Assembly (NCBI RefSeq): GCF_037042905.1
Contig: NC_087251.1
Coordinates: 6,574,001-6,638,000, forward strand
DNA from: Lytechinus pictus
Taxonomy: Eukaryota
Length of the DNA: 64,000 nucleotides
Direction: 5' to 3'
The notes beneath the pieces are model-generated. The model did no database searches. It was not told the origin of the DNA and saw only the letters and a program-made list of their open reading frames with translations. This document shows positions 62,667-64,000 of the stretch, piece by piece. Position 1 is the first letter of the stretch; every line of letters starts with the position of its first letter. The translations under genes were made by a program, and so were the position numbers.

Positions 62667-62917
62667 ACCATAATATTCAGGTAAGGTATATTATTCATTC
62701 TCTTTTTTTTAAAAAACATCATTGTTCACTTCCCTCACCTAGATCATTTGGCTATATATAATACGTTTTATTCTACACTATTCTTCCCTTTAAAAAAACC
62801 TGATTGTACTCCTGCCTCCCCTGATCTGACATTTGCCTCTCAACGTACGTACTGGAAATATATAGATACCCTTTTTTCAATATTTTTGTGTTTTTGACAC
62901 CCTTATCACGTTACGTA

Positions 62918-64000
62918 CCCAGGACCAAAATCCAGTTAAAACCAATTAGGGCAAAACCAATTGAAACCAGTTGGCCAACTGGTTTCAATAGGGAAATTGG
63001 AACAACTGGTTCCAATTGAAAACCAGTTGCCAATTGGTTCCAGTTAAAAACCAATTGAAAACCTGTTGCCAATTGGTTCCAGTTAAAACCAATTGGGCAA
63101 CTGGAACCAGTTGGCAATTGTTGTCAATTGGTTCCAGTTGTTCCAATTTCCCTATTAAAACCAATTGAATCCAATTGGAGGCAACTGGTTTCAATTGGTT
63201 CCAGTTGAAACCAATTGGAGGCAACTGGTTTCAACTGGAACCAGTTGAAACCAATTGGTTTCCAACTGGATCCAATTGGAACTTCCAGTTGGAACGAACT
63301 TAATTAGTTACAAATTAATTAGCATTTGCAGTAACTATTTCTCATGCCAACACAGAAGCAGTGTTATATGTCTATTAATACCAATGTAAAGGGCATTGAT
63401 AAAATACAGACTTTCATGTATATATATTTATATGGAAGATCTTCAAATATATGTACTTTTATTTGATGTAATTTGGTAACAGTTAGTGGTGTACTAATTA
63501 TCCTTTAATCTGTTTTAATTATAATCTATAACATTTATGAACATGGTTTTCACTGCTAAGTATTCTAAATACTAATCTTTAAAAAGTGTGGTACTTGAAA
63601 TTGTAAAGAATTAAATAGATACATTGTTAATGATGATTAATCTCATAAAACATTAATCTGTGCACACTGGCAAATAATATGCAAATTAACTGGTTTCAAT
63701 TGGATCCAGTTGGGTAACTGGAAAATTTCCAATTGGAACCAATTGGAAATATTTCCAGTTACCCAACTGGTTCCAATTAGAATTCATTTCCAGTTACCCA
63801 TCTTTCCAGTTAGAAGTCATCTCAGTTACCCAATTGGTACCAGTTAGGATTTCCAGTTACACAACTGAATGGTTCAAATTAGGATTTCCAGTTACCCAAC
63901 TGGTTCCAGTTAGAAATCATTTCCAGTTGGAAGTCATTTCCAGTTACCCAACTGGTTCCAGTTAGGATTTCCAGTTGCCCAACTGGTTCCAGTTAGAAAT
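62918..64000. mobile_element. EnSpm/CACTA-type non-autonomous element (left part) with dense CCAATTGG/CCAGTTGG subterminal repeats
   Basis: TA|CCCAGG start that abruptly interrupts the foldback arm; repeat arrays at 62930-63295 and 63685-64000. Confidence 0.6.

Larger units (their letters stand above)
55784..62917. mobile_element. Foldback-like structure with long inverted arms and a ~3.4-kb non-coding middle
   Basis: 55881-56116 is the reverse complement of 62667-62917; the arms continue inward as oppositely oriented satellite arrays; a CCCGGGGGGGGCCACTT terminus-like sequence lies at 55784. Confidence 0.75.

Overview
AT-rich, intron-containing animal genomic DNA. The repeat landscape looks like an echinoderm/sea urchin, which is inferred rather than proven. 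There is one host gene: a + strand GDA1/CD39-family nucleoside diphosphatase (ENTPD5/6-like) with 10 coding exons (37078-51401, 470 aa, all five apyrase conserved regions, consistent splice phases). Its probable non-coding first exon and promoter lie near 24.8 kb. The rest is mostly transposon-derived. (i) 1-21.1 kb is a deeply nested cluster with two inverted copies of a ~8-kb non-coding composite hAT-type element that moved together with its passenger insertions. It also holds a young 5'-truncated CR1/L2-type LINE in one copy only and a Transib-like (CACAGTG, CGNCG target) terminus. (ii) At the promoter there is a tandem dimer of a 1184-bp TIR element with three copies of its 8-bp TSD, followed by a circularly permuted 1.25-unit insert flanked by a 97-bp duplication of the putative first exon. 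(iii) The introns carry Helentron-type, hAT-type and Kolobok-type elements and a decayed Academ transposon. (iv) A >7-kb foldback structure with 70-bp satellite arms lies at 55.8-62.9 kb. Most long ORFs in the supplied track are translations of purine/pyrimidine tracts and are not genes. All alignments were done by eye.
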